A stretch of DNA of 64,000 nt from the NCBI GenBank assembly GCA_963205195.1, contig CAUJHR010000020.1:29589-93588 (forward strand). The letters are read 5' to 3'. The DNA is from Pseudomonadota bacterium. Its GTDB lineage: Bacteria > Pseudomonadota > Alphaproteobacteria > Rickettsiales > SXRF01. Position 1 is the stretch's first letter. The number at the start of each line of letters is the position of its first letter. The translations under genes were made by a program, and so were the position numbers. Below the pieces are notes generated by a model. It worked only from the letters and a program-made list of their open reading frames with translations. It was not told the origin of the DNA and did not search any database. Positions 41,313 to 51,102 of the stretch are shown piece by piece.

Positions 41313-43514
41313 ATGAAAACTGCCGCTGCACAGAAGCAAAACCAGAAAATAACCGATGAGATAGTCGCACAACACGGGCTGACTCCTGAGGAGTACCAGC
41401 GTGTGCTGAAAGTCATGGGGCGCGAGCCGAACATGGTGGAGCTTGGCATCTTTTCGGTAATGTGGAGCGAGCATTGTTCATACAAAACCACGCGTAAGCA
41501 TCTGCGCGGTCTTCCTACCGAGGCTCCGTGGGTTATCTGCGGCCCCGGTGAAAATGCGGGTGTAATCGACATCGGCGATGGGCAGGCGGCGATTTTCAAA
41601 ATGGAATCGCATAACCATCCGTCTTACATAGAGCCATATCAAGGAGCAGCAACTGGCGTGGGCGGGATTCTCCGTGACGTATTCACAATGGGAGCAAGGC
41701 CAATTGCCAATATGAACGCGCTGCGTTTTGGCTCGCCGGATCACCCAAAAACCAAGCATCTGGTTTCGGGGGTAGTGGCGGGGATCGGCGGTTATGGCAA
41801 TTGCGTAGGCGTTCCCACTGTTGGCGGCGAATGCAATTTCCACCCGTCCTATAACGGAAATATTCTGGTAAATGCCATGACTGTGGGCATAGCCAACGCC
41901 GACAAGATATTTTATTCGGCGGCTGCCGGGGTTGGCAACAGCGTGGTTTATGTCGGCTCGAAAACCGGGCGCGACGGCATCCATGGCGCGACCATGGCAT
42001 CGGCTGAGTTCGGCGAAGATGCAGAAGAAAAGCGCCCGACTGTGCAGGTGGGCGACCCGTTCACCGAAAAACTGCTTATCGAAGCCTGCCTTGAGCTTAT
42101 GCAGACTGATACCATCCTTGCGATCCAGGATATGGGCGCTGCTGGCCTTACCTCATCATCGCTTGAAATGGCGGGCAAAGGCGGAACCGGGATTGAAATG
42201 TGGCTTGATAAAGTGCCGATGCGCGAAACCGGCATGACACCTTATGAGATCATGCTTTCAGAATCTCAGGAACGTATGCTCATGGTTATCAAACCAGAAA
42301 AAGAGCATATCGCCCGTGCGGTTTTTGAAAAATGGGAGCTGTCTTTTGCAACCATAGGGCAGATCACCGATACCGGGAATATTGTGCTGAAAATGCACGG
42401 TGAAACAGTTTGTGACATGCCGATAGCACCGGTTTCTACCGATGCACCGGTTTATGATCGGCCGTATGAGATAAGAAAGTTGCCGGTTGCCAGTTGTCAG
42501 TTGTCAGGTATTGAAACTGGGAACCGGGAACTGGGAACTGATCTAATAACGCTGCTTTCCTGTCCCGATCTCGCCAGCAAACGCTGGATATACGAACAAT
42601 ATGACAGCATGGTAGGGAACGATACCGTGGAGCGTTCAGGCGGTGATTCCGCAGTTGTACGCGTGCATGGAACCAATAAGGCATTGGCTATCACCACCGA
42701 TTGCACGCCTCGCTATTGCTACGCTGATCCTGTAGAAGGCGGCAGGCAGGCCGTGGCGGAAACATGGCGTAATATAACTGCTGTAGGTGCAACACCTCTT
42801 GCAATCACCAACTGCCTGAATTTCGGCAATCCTCAGAAGCCGGAGATAATGGGACAGATCGTAGGCTGTCTGCAAGGTATGGGTGAAGCCTGCCGCGCCT
42901 TGGATTACCCTATTATTTCTGGTAACGTATCGCTCTATAATGAAACTAACGGCAATGCTATTTTACCAACACCTGCTATTGGCGGTGTCGGGATTTTAAA
43001 GGATTTGAGCAAACGGGTAGGAAATAGCTTTGCCGCAGCCGGGGAAGATATAATCGTCATCGGCGAAACCAAGGGACATCTTGGCGCATCGCTCTACCTG
43101 CGCGAGATTCTTGGCAAGGAAGAAGGAACGCCGCCGCCAGTAGATTTAAAGGCTGAAAAGGCAAATGGGGATTTTGTGCGCTCGCTTATTCAAGCTGGAA
43201 AAATTACCGCCTGCCATGACGTTTCCGATGGCGGACTGCTGGTTGCAATAGCAGAAATGACCTATCGCAATGGAATGGGCGCTAATATAACAGCTACTGG
43301 TGATGCGCGCTTCTGGTTCGGTGAGGACCAGGCACGCTATATTATAAGTTCGGCTAATGGAGCTGCTATTTTAGAGGCGGCGAAGAAGGCTAATATTACT
43401 GCCATACTGCTTGGAAATACCCAAGTCAGCCAACTGACTGTCGATAATATTACTATAAGAACCAGTGAGTTAAAGGTTGCCAATGAGAAGTGGCTACCAG
43501 AATATATGGCATAA
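41313..43514 (+). CDS. purL: Phosphoribosylformylglycinamidine synthase subunit PurL
   Basis: 733 aa with 'MWSEHCSYK', '[25 protein letters not shown]' and 'GNVSLYNE'. Confidence 0.95.
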   Translation: MKTAAAQKQNQKITDEIVAQHGLTPEEYQRVLKVMGREPNMVELGIFSVMWSEHCSYKTTRKHLRGLPTEAPWVICGPGENAGVIDIGDGQAAIFKMESHNHPSYIEPYQGAATGVGGILRDVFTMGARPIANMNALRFGSPDHPKTKHLVSGVVAGIGGYGNCVGVPTVGGECNFHPSYNGNILVNAMTVGIANADKIFYSAAAGVGNSVVYVGSKTGRDGIHGATMASAEFGEDAEEKRPTVQVGDPFTEKLLIEACLELMQTDTILAIQDMGAAGLTSSSLEMAGKGGTGIEMWLDKVPMRETGMTPYEIMLSESQERMLMVIKPEKEHIARAVFEKWELSFATIGQITDTGNIVLKMHGETVCDMPIAPVSTDAPVYDRPYEIRKLPVASCQLSGIETGNRELGTDLITLLSCPDLASKRWIYEQYDSMVGNDTVERSGGDSAVVRVHGTNKALAITTDCTPRYCYADPVEGGRQAVAETWRNITAVGATPLAITNCLNFGNPQKPEIMGQIVGCLQGMGEACRALDYPIISGNVSLYNETNGNAILPTPAIGGVGILKDLSKRVGNSFAAAGEDIIVIGETKGHLGASLYLREILGKEEGTPPPVDLKAEKANGDFVRSLIQAGKITACHDVSDGGLLVAIAEMTYRNGMGANITATGDARFWFGEDQARYIISSANGAAILEAAKKANITAILLGNTQVSQLTVDNITIRTSELKVANEKWLPEYMA
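42479..42540. repeat. Two heptamer tandem arrays in inverted orientation (imperfect palindrome) inside purL
   Basis: The sequence is GTTGCCG GTTGCCA GTTGTCA GTTGTCA GG TATTGAA ACTGGGA ACCGGGA ACTGGGA ACTG. Hand pairing of 42484-42506 with 42518-42540 gives 16 Watson-Crick and 3 G:U pairs out of 23. Confidence 0.85.
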
Positions 43515-43582
43515 CATCATCGTCATAAAAACTTAATAATATACAATTTGTTATAGAAGGTTTTTAGGGATAAAATCGCCTT

Positions 43583-44179
43583 ATGGAACCATATAAACAG
43601 CAAACTGCAGAGCCATCCCCGGAGAATGTTCGGGAGAAAGACCATACCATTGCCTCTCGATCATTAGTGGCAACAGCCTTTGGTGTGGTTCTAGCTGGAA
43701 AAGTTAATAATATAGGCTTGGTGATGGATGCCAACCATCTTTTAAATAAAAAGAACCGTACAACATGGCAAAAAATATGCTCACCTTTTAATAAGGAATT
43801 ATGGCATGAACTGAAGTCTGAATTTAGCACCGTTATGCAAAAGGAAAATAAAGGTGTAATTGCCACTATACCCAAAGTTTTAAAATATAGCGTTCTAACT
43901 ACAGTAATTGGTGGAGTAATAGGTGCAGCACTGGGGTGGAAACTGGGCGGACGCATAGATAATTGGAAGGATATAATTAAGCATCCTTGGGAATCTTCAA
44001 AAATTTTATTTGCTATAAAAAAGCGATCACCTGATACCAAAAAAACTGAAGTGGTATCTAGCGGCAATATTGCTCAAGACAACTCGTTTCAAAGCAATCT
44101 GGAGCATTCAACGAATTGGCGGGAATTTGCTAAAGAACAACAAAACAAAATGAAAATGCAGCAAAATGGGATTGCATAA
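43583..44179 (+). CDS. Hypothetical membrane protein
   Basis: 198 aa with two hydrophobic segments (SLVATAFGVVLAG; VLTTVIGGVIGAALGW) and a Lys/Gln-rich tail. I prefer it over the antisense ORF 43564-44067 on composition. The SD is weak. Confidence 0.45.
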   Translation: MEPYKQQTAEPSPENVREKDHTIASRSLVATAFGVVLAGKVNNIGLVMDANHLLNKKNRTTWQKICSPFNKELWHELKSEFSTVMQKENKGVIATIPKVLKYSVLTTVIGGVIGAALGWKLGGRIDNWKDIIKHPWESSKILFAIKKRSPDTKKTEVVSSGNIAQDNSFQSNLEHSTNWREFAKEQQNKMKMQQNGIA

Positions 44180-44190
44180 ATCCTTACTGT

Positions 44191-44871
44191 TTAAGCTGCA
44201 AGCAAAGATTCAAACATAACCGCGCCATCAGACCCGCCCAGCAGCAATTCACTATAACGCTCTGGATGCGGCATCATTCCCAAAACATTACGCTTATCAT
44301 TACAAATACCAGCTATATTTAACAGCGAGCCATTTGGATTGCTTGCTGGTGTTACTTCGCCTTGTTCATCGCAATAACGGAAAATTATCTGGTCATTATC
44401 CTGAAGATTCCTAAGTGTACGATGATCGGCAAAATAATTGCCGTCATGATGGGCAACAGGTACCTTTATAACCTGTTTTTGTGAGTATTTAGAAGTGTAA
44501 ACAGTATCAGTGCTTTCAACACGCAGATTCACATCACGACAGATAAATTTCAATTTCTGATTGCGAAGCAATACACCCGGAAGCAAACCGGCTTCGGTAA
44601 GTACCTGAAAGCCATTGCAGACGCCAAGCACATACCTCCCTTTATCAGCATGGGCGATGACTTCGCGCATTATAGGCGATTTGGCAGCCATTGCACCGCT
44701 ACGCAGGTAATCACCATAAGAAAATCCACCGGGTAACATTACCAGATCAACTTCCGGCAGGCTGCTGTCACCATGCCATACCATAACCGGATTCAAACCG
44801 GTTGCTGCTAAGACTGTCTTTGCATCACGGTCACAATTGGAACCGGGAAAAACTATAACTGCTGACTTCAT
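44191..44871 (-). CDS. purQ: Phosphoribosylformylglycinamidine synthase glutaminase subunit PurQ
   Basis: 226 aa with '[10 protein letters not shown]', the catalytic 'GVCNGFQ' and 'MMPHPER'. Confidence 0.92.
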   Translation of the reverse strand: MKSAVIVFPGSNCDRDAKTVLAATGLNPVMVWHGDSSLPEVDLVMLPGGFSYGDYLRSGAMAAKSPIMREVIAHADKGRYVLGVCNGFQVLTEAGLLPGVLLRNQKLKFICRDVNLRVESTDTVYTSKYSQKQVIKVPVAHHDGNYFADHRTLRNLQDNDQIIFRYCDEQGEVTPASNPNGSLLNIAGICNDKRNVLGMMPHPERYSELLLGGSDGAVMFESLLAA

Positions 44872-45113
44872 TATTCAACCAACTCATATTTATAATTTTC
44901 CACTACAGTATTTGCTAGCAGTGATGAACATATTTTATCAAGTGTTGTCTTCGCTTTTTCGCTATCGGTGGTTTTCAAATCCACTTCGATATATTTTCCC
45001 TGACGTACATCTTCTACTTCACCATAACCCATATTATGAAGCGCGCCAGCAATCGCACGACCATGCGGATCAAGGACGCCATTTTTTAATGTGATATGTA
45101 TTTTAGCTTTCAT
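44871..45113 (-). CDS. purS: Phosphoribosylformylglycinamidine synthase subunit PurS
   Basis: 80 aa with '[24 protein letters not shown]'. It lies between purC and purQ, with overlapping start and stop codons. Confidence 0.85.
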   Translation of the reverse strand: MKAKIHITLKNGVLDPHGRAIAGALHNMGYGEVEDVRQGKYIEVDLKTTDSEKAKTTLDKICSSLLANTVVENYKYELVE

Positions 45114-45988
45114 TTTTTCTTCTTTGCTTTGGTTGATTTTGTTTTAGTTGCTGATGACTTGGAAGCTGCTTTGCGCTTTTCAGGCATTTTTGCGTTCACT
45201 TCGATAACGTAGCTGCTTTCCGTGCCGTCTTGCGGTAATACTCCAAGCCTGCGCGCAACCTCGCGGTAAGCATCTTCTATCTGTCCCAGATCCTGACGGA
45301 AGCGGTCTTTATCAAGTTTTTTCCCGGATTTCAAATCCCACAGGCGGCAATTATCCGGGCTTATTTCATCGGCAAGAATTATCATCTCACGTTCATTTTC
45401 AAACAGGCGCCCGAATTCAAGTTTAAAATCCACAAGCCGGATACCAATTCCTGCAAACAGGCCAGAGAGGAAATCATTGATGCGGAAGGCATACATGCGG
45501 ATCTCGTCCATCTCCTGCGGAGTACACCAATTAAATGCAAAGATATGTTCCTCAGTAACGAACGGATCACCGAGCGCATCATTCTTATAGCAATATTCAA
45601 TCATGGGATGCCCAAGCGCCTTGCCCTCGGTCACACCAAAACGCTTTGAAAAGCTACCGGCTGCATAATTACGCACAATAACTTCCAGGGGTACTATCTG
45701 CACTGCTTTTATAAGCTGCTCGCGCATATTCAGGGTGCGTATAAAATGGGTAGGTATACCCATATCATGCAGACGAAGCATTAGATATTCAGATATGCGG
45801 TTATTTAAAACACCTTTGCCGCTTATAGTACCTTTTTTCACATTATTGAATGCAGTTGCATCATCCTTGAAATGCTGGATAAGCGTACCAGGCTCCGGCC
45901 CTTCAAATAGCTGTTTGGCTTTACCTTCATAAATTGGTTTGCGCGGCGCCATAGTATATATCTTTCGCTGGTTTTGAATCATAGACAC
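45110..45988 (-). CDS. purC: Phosphoribosylaminoimidazole-succinocarboxamide synthase PurC with a Lys-rich C-terminal tail
   Basis: It has '[12 protein letters not shown]', '[13 protein letters not shown]' and '[15 protein letters not shown]'. The longest ORF starts with GTG at 45988. The ATG at 45952 ([13 protein letters not shown]) is an equally plausible start. Confidence 0.9.
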   Translation of the reverse strand: MSMIQNQRKIYTMAPRKPIYEGKAKQLFEGPEPGTLIQHFKDDATAFNNVKKGTISGKGVLNNRISEYLMLRLHDMGIPTHFIRTLNMREQLIKAVQIVPLEVIVRNYAAGSFSKRFGVTEGKALGHPMIEYCYKNDALGDPFVTEEHIFAFNWCTPQEMDEIRMYAFRINDFLSGLFAGIGIRLVDFKLEFGRLFENEREMIILADEISPDNCRLWDLKSGKKLDKDRFRQDLGQIEDAYREVARRLGVLPQDGTESSYVIEVNAKMPEKRKAASKSSATKTKSTKAKKKK

Positions 45989-46207
45989 ATGTCTTAGAGG
46001 GTTTTTAGTTTTTAGTCTGCCAAAAAATAATAATAACTCATTATTTTTTTTATACGCTCACGCAGTTCGCGAAAAACCGGACTTTCGGTCCGATTTTCAT
46101 AACATTATCCAGTATTTTATACTGTAAATGTTATAACTGCAATACTTGCAGTGCAAAATAGAATGGTTTATATAGGCATTATTATCAATAGTACAATAGG
46201 AGCAGAA

Positions 46208-46534
46208 ATGACCAGTTTTGACGAACGCGAGAAGGGTTTTGAACGCAAATACGCGCATGATGAGGAATTAGCGTTCAAAGCCAATGCCTTGCGTAATAAG
46301 CTTTTAGGGCTATGGGCGGCAGAAAAGCTGGGAAAGACCGGCGAAGATGCAGCGCAGTATGCCAAAGATGTAGTTCTGGTTGATTTTGAAGGCGAAGGTG
46401 ATAATGACGTTATTGGCAAGCTTCTTAAGGATTTCTTCCATGCTGAAATAGCTATCACAGAAGCGGAAATAAATGCGGAAATGGAGCGTTTACTGCCAAT
46501 TGCACATAAGCAGGTTATTGGGGAAACTAAATAA
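46208..46534 (+). CDS. DUF1476 protein (alphaproteobacterial F1-ATPase inhibitor zeta-subunit family)
   Basis: 'MTSFDEREKGFERKYAHDEELAFKANALRNKLLGLWAAEKLGK' matches the family. The start is chosen at the ATG preceded by AGGAG. The upstream extension of the ORF to 46151 is hydrophobic junk. Confidence 0.8.
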   Translation: MTSFDEREKGFERKYAHDEELAFKANALRNKLLGLWAAEKLGKTGEDAAQYAKDVVLVDFEGEGDNDVIGKLLKDFFHAEIAITEAEINAEMERLLPIAHKQVIGETK

Positions 46535-46547
46535 CAACGGGTAAAAC

Positions 46548-47318
46548 TTGAAAAAAATGCTTCCTAAAATCAAGGGGCTGCCTAATCTTGGAAATTCAAA
46601 CCTGGATTGGTTAAGGGGTTGTGCTAAATTACCAAAGCGCGGCGCTACTGCACTGCGCTATATCCTTTCTGGCACCGATGACACAGGAATTAAATCCGGC
46701 AAAACCATTATAAACGCCTTACCGGGCGAAGATTCACATAAACATATATCTTTTACTTTTGCCGCTATTTCACTTTCAGCCCTGGTTGCCCGTGCCGATG
46801 GAAATGTAACCAAGGAAGAATACCTGGCATTTCGTGATTCATTCCCTTTAACGGGAGGAATGTGCGGAAAGATACGCCAGCTTTTTTTACTGGCTTGCCA
46901 GAGCCAAACGCCTTTTTCTGCACACGTACAACAGATAAAATCATTATTCCCGCAGCAGATAGAACTATATATTTCGCTGGTGGAGCGCCTGTTTCGTATA
47001 GCAACCGCTGATAAACCCCTAAGCCGGGAAGAAGAACGGATACTTGCTAAGATAGCTAGACTTTTAGGGCTTAACCCAGCGGAATATAGCGTATTGCATG
47101 AAAGATATAGCAGGCCCCTGCCCCCGCATATTGTACTTGGCGTGCAAAAGCGCAGTCCACGCATTATAATAAAAAAACACTACCATATACTTATGAACCG
47201 CTACCATCCTGACCGTTATGCTGCTACTGGGGTCTCCCCTGAAGTGCAGATGCTGCTTACATTGAAAACTTCAGAAATTTCACAAGCCTACCGTGCACTT
47301 ACAAAAAAAGCCGCTTAA
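46548..47318 (+). CDS. DjlA-like co-chaperone (TerB-like domain plus C-terminal J domain)
   Basis: 256 aa. It has the TerB-like 'LVARADGNVTKEEYLAFRDSF' and 'ATADKPLSREEERILAKIARLLGL', plus the J domain 'HYHILMNRYHPDRY…ISQAYRAL' with an HPD motif. Confidence 0.7.
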   Translation: MKKMLPKIKGLPNLGNSNLDWLRGCAKLPKRGATALRYILSGTDDTGIKSGKTIINALPGEDSHKHISFTFAAISLSALVARADGNVTKEEYLAFRDSFPLTGGMCGKIRQLFLLACQSQTPFSAHVQQIKSLFPQQIELYISLVERLFRIATADKPLSREEERILAKIARLLGLNPAEYSVLHERYSRPLPPHIVLGVQKRSPRIIIKKHYHILMNRYHPDRYAATGVSPEVQMLLTLKTSEISQAYRALTKKAA

Positions 47319-47388
47319 AGATAATAAGAAGTTGAAAGCATCTTTTAAATAGCTAGCATATAGTTCATTTTACAAGCTAAGAATTATC

Positions 47389-48267
47389 ATGCCGGTTTTT
47401 CATATATTTTTGGCAATATGCGTTGCCGCTATCTGGGGTGGCAATTTTGTTGCTGCCAAGTACGGGCTTGCCTATTTCCCGCCATTTTTATTAAGCTCAC
47501 TGCGATTTATAATTGTAGCTGCCGCCTTATTTCCTTTTCTTCCCAAAGTCAGCTTGCTGGAAATCCGGCGTATTGCAGTGCTTAGTTTCACACTTGGCAC
47601 ACTCCACCTGGCAATGCTTTTCTATTCCATGTATCTTGGGCTTAATATTGCCAGCACCGCGATTATCAGCCAGATGGGTGTTCCATTCGCCTGTATACTT
47701 AGCGCTATATTCTTAAATGACAGGCTGGGTAAATGGCGTACTGGGGGAATGGTAGTTGCCTTTATAGGGATAGCAATAGTTTCTGGATCACCCAACGCTT
47801 TTGATCACCCACTAGGAACAGTAATATCATTTATGGCAGCTTTTTTCTGGGGTGCTGCGAACCTGCTTATGAAAAATATCGGCATGATAAATATTTTCCG
47901 GCTGCTGGCATGGCTTTCACTATTCACTGCACCGCAATTGCTGCTGATATCTTATTTGTTTGAGAGCGAACAGATTAATTTGCTTATCAATATGCCAATT
48001 GATATTGCATGGTCGGTAGCATATACGGCTTTTGTTTCCACAATTGGCGGATATGGTATGTGGTATTACCTTATGGCCAGATACCCTATGACCCAGGTTG
48101 CACCATTTTCCCTACTGGTCCCTATATTCAGTATTGCGTTTGGCAAAGTTTTTTTCAGCGAGGCTTTACCCATACAAACATTGCTTGGCGGTGCTATTGC
48201 CATTATAGGAGTTGCTGTTATTATTATCCGCCGCCCGAAACTTGCGGCACTTGGGGAAGGGAAATGA
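47389..48267 (+). CDS. DMT-superfamily (EamA-like) transporter
   Basis: 292 aa with about 10 hydrophobic helices and two EamA-like halves. Confidence 0.85.
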   Translation: MPVFHIFLAICVAAIWGGNFVAAKYGLAYFPPFLLSSLRFIIVAAALFPFLPKVSLLEIRRIAVLSFTLGTLHLAMLFYSMYLGLNIASTAIISQMGVPFACILSAIFLNDRLGKWRTGGMVVAFIGIAIVSGSPNAFDHPLGTVISFMAAFFWGAANLLMKNIGMINIFRLLAWLSLFTAPQLLLISYLFESEQINLLINMPIDIAWSVAYTAFVSTIGGYGMWYYLMARYPMTQVAPFSLLVPIFSIAFGKVFFSEALPIQTLLGGAIAIIGVAVIIIRRPKLAALGEGK

Positions 48268-48926
48268 AAGTTAATTACAACCATCTTTCGCCTAATTTTG
48301 ACAGTAGGCAAGGCTATAGAATTGATATGCTGGTTTTGCATTATACCGGCATGGAATCGGGAGAAGCTGCAATAAGCAGGCTATGCGATGAAACCTCGAA
48401 AGTCAGCGCGCATTATGTAGTTGGGTTAGACGGCGGTGTTTACGGGCTGGTTGATGAATCCATGCGTGCTTGGCATGCAGGAGTAAGCAGCTGGCGTGAG
48501 AATACCAATATAAACCAGCGTTCAATTGGCATTGAGATAGTTAATAAAGGCCATGATCTTGGCTATACTAATTTTCCACAGCCACAAATGGAATCTGTTA
48601 TTATTCTTTGCGAAAGCATACTTAAGCGGCATCGAATACCAGCGCGTAATGTGGTTGGTCACAGCGATATAGCTCCTACCCGTAAGCAAGACCCCGGTGA
48701 ATTATTTAACTGGGAATTGCTTGCCAGCCGTAAAATCGGGCTTTTCCCTGAACTTAAGACTACAAAGCAGTTAGATGAAGAAGTGCTGAAAGACTATGGT
48801 TATGATACAACCGATATTGAAAAGTCTATAATTGCCTTTCAGCGCCATTTCCGCCCCCATAAGCTATCAGGCGTGTGGGATGATGAATGCGGGAAGCTAC
48901 TTGCAGCATTGCTTGCTATGGTATAA
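48264..48926 (+). CDS. N-acetylmuramoyl-L-alanine amidase (Amidase_2, AmpD/AmiD-like) with a C-terminal peptidoglycan-binding-like segment
   Basis: 'SPNFDSRQG…IDMLVLHYTGM…SAHYVV…RAWHAGVSSW…NQRSIGIEIVN…VVGHSDIAPTRKQDPG' matches the family. The start ATG at 48264 overlaps the transporter stop (ATGA). The ORF-track extension back to 48009 is an out-of-frame overlap of the transporter gene. Confidence 0.85.
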   Translation: MKVNYNHLSPNFDSRQGYRIDMLVLHYTGMESGEAAISRLCDETSKVSAHYVVGLDGGVYGLVDESMRAWHAGVSSWRENTNINQRSIGIEIVNKGHDLGYTNFPQPQMESVIILCESILKRHRIPARNVVGHSDIAPTRKQDPGELFNWELLASRKIGLFPELKTTKQLDEEVLKDYGYDTTDIEKSIIAFQRHFRPHKLSGVWDDECGKLLAALLAMV

Positions 48927-48936
48927 ACTATAAACC

Positions 48937-49319
48937 TGTCAGATAGCCGGATGACCGCGGGTTTTAATCCGAGGAAAGTCCGGGCTCCACATAGCGCAGT
49001 GCCAGATAACGTCTGGCGGGGGCGACTTTAGGGAAAGTGCCACAGAAAATATACCGCCTTCGCGCAAGCGAAAGTAAGGGTGAAATGGTGCGGCCAAAGG
49101 CGAAAGCCGGAAGCTTAAAGTAAGAGCGCACCGCGCTGCTGGTAACAGCAGCGGCAGGGCAAACCCCACTGGGAGCAAGACCAAATAGGAATGGTGCGTT
49201 GCTATGCGCTTAACCATTCGGGTAGGTCGCACGAGGCATTAGGCGACTAATGCCCTAGATGAATGGTCATCGCTTTCCGCAAGGAAAGTACAAAACCCGG
49301 CTTACAGGCTATCTGGCAG
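48937..49319 (+). ncRNA. rnpB: RNase P RNA, bacterial type A
   Basis: Conserved blocks are read on the + strand: GAGGAAAGTCCGGGCTCCACA, GTAAGGGTGAAATGGTGCGG, AAGAGCGCACCGC…GGTAACAG, GGGCAAACCCCACTGGGAGCAAGACCAAATAGG, CCTAGATGAATGGTCATC and ACAAAACCCGGCTTACAGG. P1 pairs CAGATAGCC (48940-48948) with GGCTATCTG (49307-49315). The ends are approximate to within a few nt. Confidence 0.92.
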
Positions 49320-49393
49320 AGCTATATTATTATAATTGCGCTCAAGCGCCGCGCATGCTGCGCCCGTCAACCGGGCTAGTCGCTTCGCTCCAT

Positions 49394-50083
49394 TCACGCA
49401 AGATCAAACAGCAATACCTTGCTTCCAGATCTTACATTTAGCGTTTTGGCAGCATCACCTGAAAAAGCTACGCCATCGCCCGCTGATAGCTTAGTGCCAT
49501 TAATTTCGGCTTCACCTGTTGCAAGCTGTATCCAGCCGAAACGTTGCGGTTCTATATTTATAGGCAGGGTATTATCTTTTTCTACTACCGCCACATATAT
49601 TTTAGCATCCTGATGTATAATAATTGAGCCGCCATTGCCGCTTTCGCTGGCAACTAGTTCCCAATTCCCGCTTTTGGCAGGGGTATGCTCCCCATAAGAT
49701 GGTGTGACGTTTTTTGTATGCGGCATTATCCATATCTGCAGCAAATGAGTGCCATTTTTCGGCGAGGGATTGAATTCGCTATGGGTGATGCCAGTTCCAG
49801 CACTCATGCCCTGCACTTCACCGGTTTTTATAACCCGCCCATTTCCCATGCTGTCCTTATGCGCCAATTCTCCCTCAAGCATATAGGTGATTATCTCCAT
49901 ATCACGGTGCGGGTGTGTGCCAAAGCCCTGCCCAGCCGCAATACGATCATCATTAATTACCCTGAGCGCATGGAAGCCCATATGGGCAGGATCGTAATAA
50001 TCCGCGAATGAAAAAGTATGCCAGCTATCCAGCCAGCCATGATCGGCATGGCCGCGATCACCTGCTTTGCGAAGCTCGAACAT
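49394..50083 (-). CDS. Pirin-family protein
   Basis: 229 aa with 'RGHADHGWLDSWHTFSFADYYDP' and 'GFGTHPHRDMEIITYMLEGELAHKDSMGN'. Confidence 0.9.
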   Translation of the reverse strand: MFELRKAGDRGHADHGWLDSWHTFSFADYYDPAHMGFHALRVINDDRIAAGQGFGTHPHRDMEIITYMLEGELAHKDSMGNGRVIKTGEVQGMSAGTGITHSEFNPSPKNGTHLLQIWIMPHTKNVTPSYGEHTPAKSGNWELVASESGNGGSIIIHQDAKIYVAVVEKDNTLPINIEPQRFGWIQLATGEAEINGTKLSAGDGVAFSGDAAKTLNVRSGSKVLLFDLA

Positions 50084-50084
50084 A

Positions 50085-50567
50085 TTATTTCCTTTTCAGG
50101 TGCGATTCGATAAACCATAGCTGTTTATCCAGCCCGCGAGTTATACTGGTGAACATATCAGCCGTTACCGCATCACCTGCCGCTGAAGAATCATCAATAG
50201 CTTTACGAAGCTGGGCATTGAATGCAGCAAGGGCAGAAGATAAAGCGTCAACATGGCTCTGCCCGTCAACTGCATCCAGCGGATATTCTTTCAGGCGTGA
50301 TTTTTTTGCAGCCATGCGGACTGTACCTTGCGCGCTGCCGCCAAGCTGCATAATACGCTCAGCGATAGTATCCACCGCAAGGCTTATTTCTGTTGCCAAA
50401 GCATCAAAAAGCTCATGAAGGGCTATAAAATTCTCACCTTTTACATTCCAATGCGCCTGCTTAGCCTGGGAATACATATCCAGCCCGTCGGCAAGCAGCT
50501 GCCCAAGAAGAAGATTCATTTTTTTACGGGTAGCGGCAGAAAGATCATTTTTTGTGGCCTGTGTCAT
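50085..50567 (-). CDS. dps: DNA starvation/stationary-phase protection protein Dps
   Basis: 160 aa with 'AHWNVKGENFIALHELFD' and the ferroxidase-site pattern. Confidence 0.9.
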   Translation of the reverse strand: MTQATKNDLSAATRKKMNLLLGQLLADGLDMYSQAKQAHWNVKGENFIALHELFDALATEISLAVDTIAERIMQLGGSAQGTVRMAAKKSRLKEYPLDAVDGQSHVDALSSALAAFNAQLRKAIDDSSAAGDAVTADMFTSITRGLDKQLWFIESHLKRK

Positions 50568-50692
50568 AATGGAACCTGCTATTTTGTTTATAAAATGATA
50601 GTCTTTATTTATATAATTGGTTTATCTAATAAAACAAGGTGTCAACCAAAAAATATCATTTATAAAATAAAAACTTTTGACGTTGTTTTAAC

Positions 50693-50722
50693 TTGGACTT
50701 TAGGTCAATTTTTTTCTATAAT
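50693..50722 (+). promoter_or_regulatory. Candidate sigma70-type promoter (TTGGAC - 18 nt - TATAAT) upstream of the DUF465 gene
   Basis: TTGGAC lies at 50693-50698 and TATAAT at 50717-50722. This would give a leader of about 120 nt before the ATG at 50849. Confidence 0.3.
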
Positions 50723-50848
50723 AGTAATCGCGCACAAGGGATTTTGGGCGCCACCTGCGGCATAAAAACAACAGTTTTGCTATTCGGTACTAACCGATAG
50801 GCCTTGCAGGGATGTTGACCGTAATTATATAGAAAGGTTGATACAATT

Positions 50849-51037
50849 ATGTCTATTCAAGCTCATATTGATTCACTATCTTCAAAACGTTCGCAAATTA
50901 AAGAGCAGATCACTGCCGAAATGAACCATCCCTCCCCCGATTTTGAAACAATAACTAACCTCAAAAAGCAGAATTTGGTTTTAAAGGAAGAAATGCAACG
51001 CTACCTGACCACTCTTAATAAGAGCGCTTCGGCATAA
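50849..51037 (+). CDS. DUF465 (YdcH-like) small protein
   Basis: 62 aa. 'HIDSLSSKRSQIKEQITAEMNHPSPDFETITNLKKQNLVLKEEM' matches the DUF465 pattern. Confidence 0.75.
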   Translation: MSIQAHIDSLSSKRSQIKEQITAEMNHPSPDFETITNLKKQNLVLKEEMQRYLTTLNKSASA

Positions 51038-51064
51038 GCTGAACTAAAAATCATATGATTTTTG

Positions 51065-51102
51065 CCACGGGATTATAACTATCAACATTCCCGTGGTTTT
51101 TT
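51065..51102. terminator. Intrinsic terminator hairpin between convergent genes (possibly bidirectional)
   Basis: The stem CCACGGGA/TCCCGTGG (51065-51072 / 51089-51096) is followed by TTTTTT on the + strand and preceded by an A/T-rich run that could serve the minus strand. Confidence 0.65.

Noticed and set aside
48009-48263. Upstream extension of the amidase ORF
   Set aside because: It overlaps the DMT transporter gene out of frame. The amidase homology starts at MKVNYNHLSPNFD, with an ATGA start/stop overlap.
48939-49232. 97-aa minus-strand ORF
   Set aside because: It is fully contained in the RNase P RNA gene on the + strand, so the open frame is incidental.
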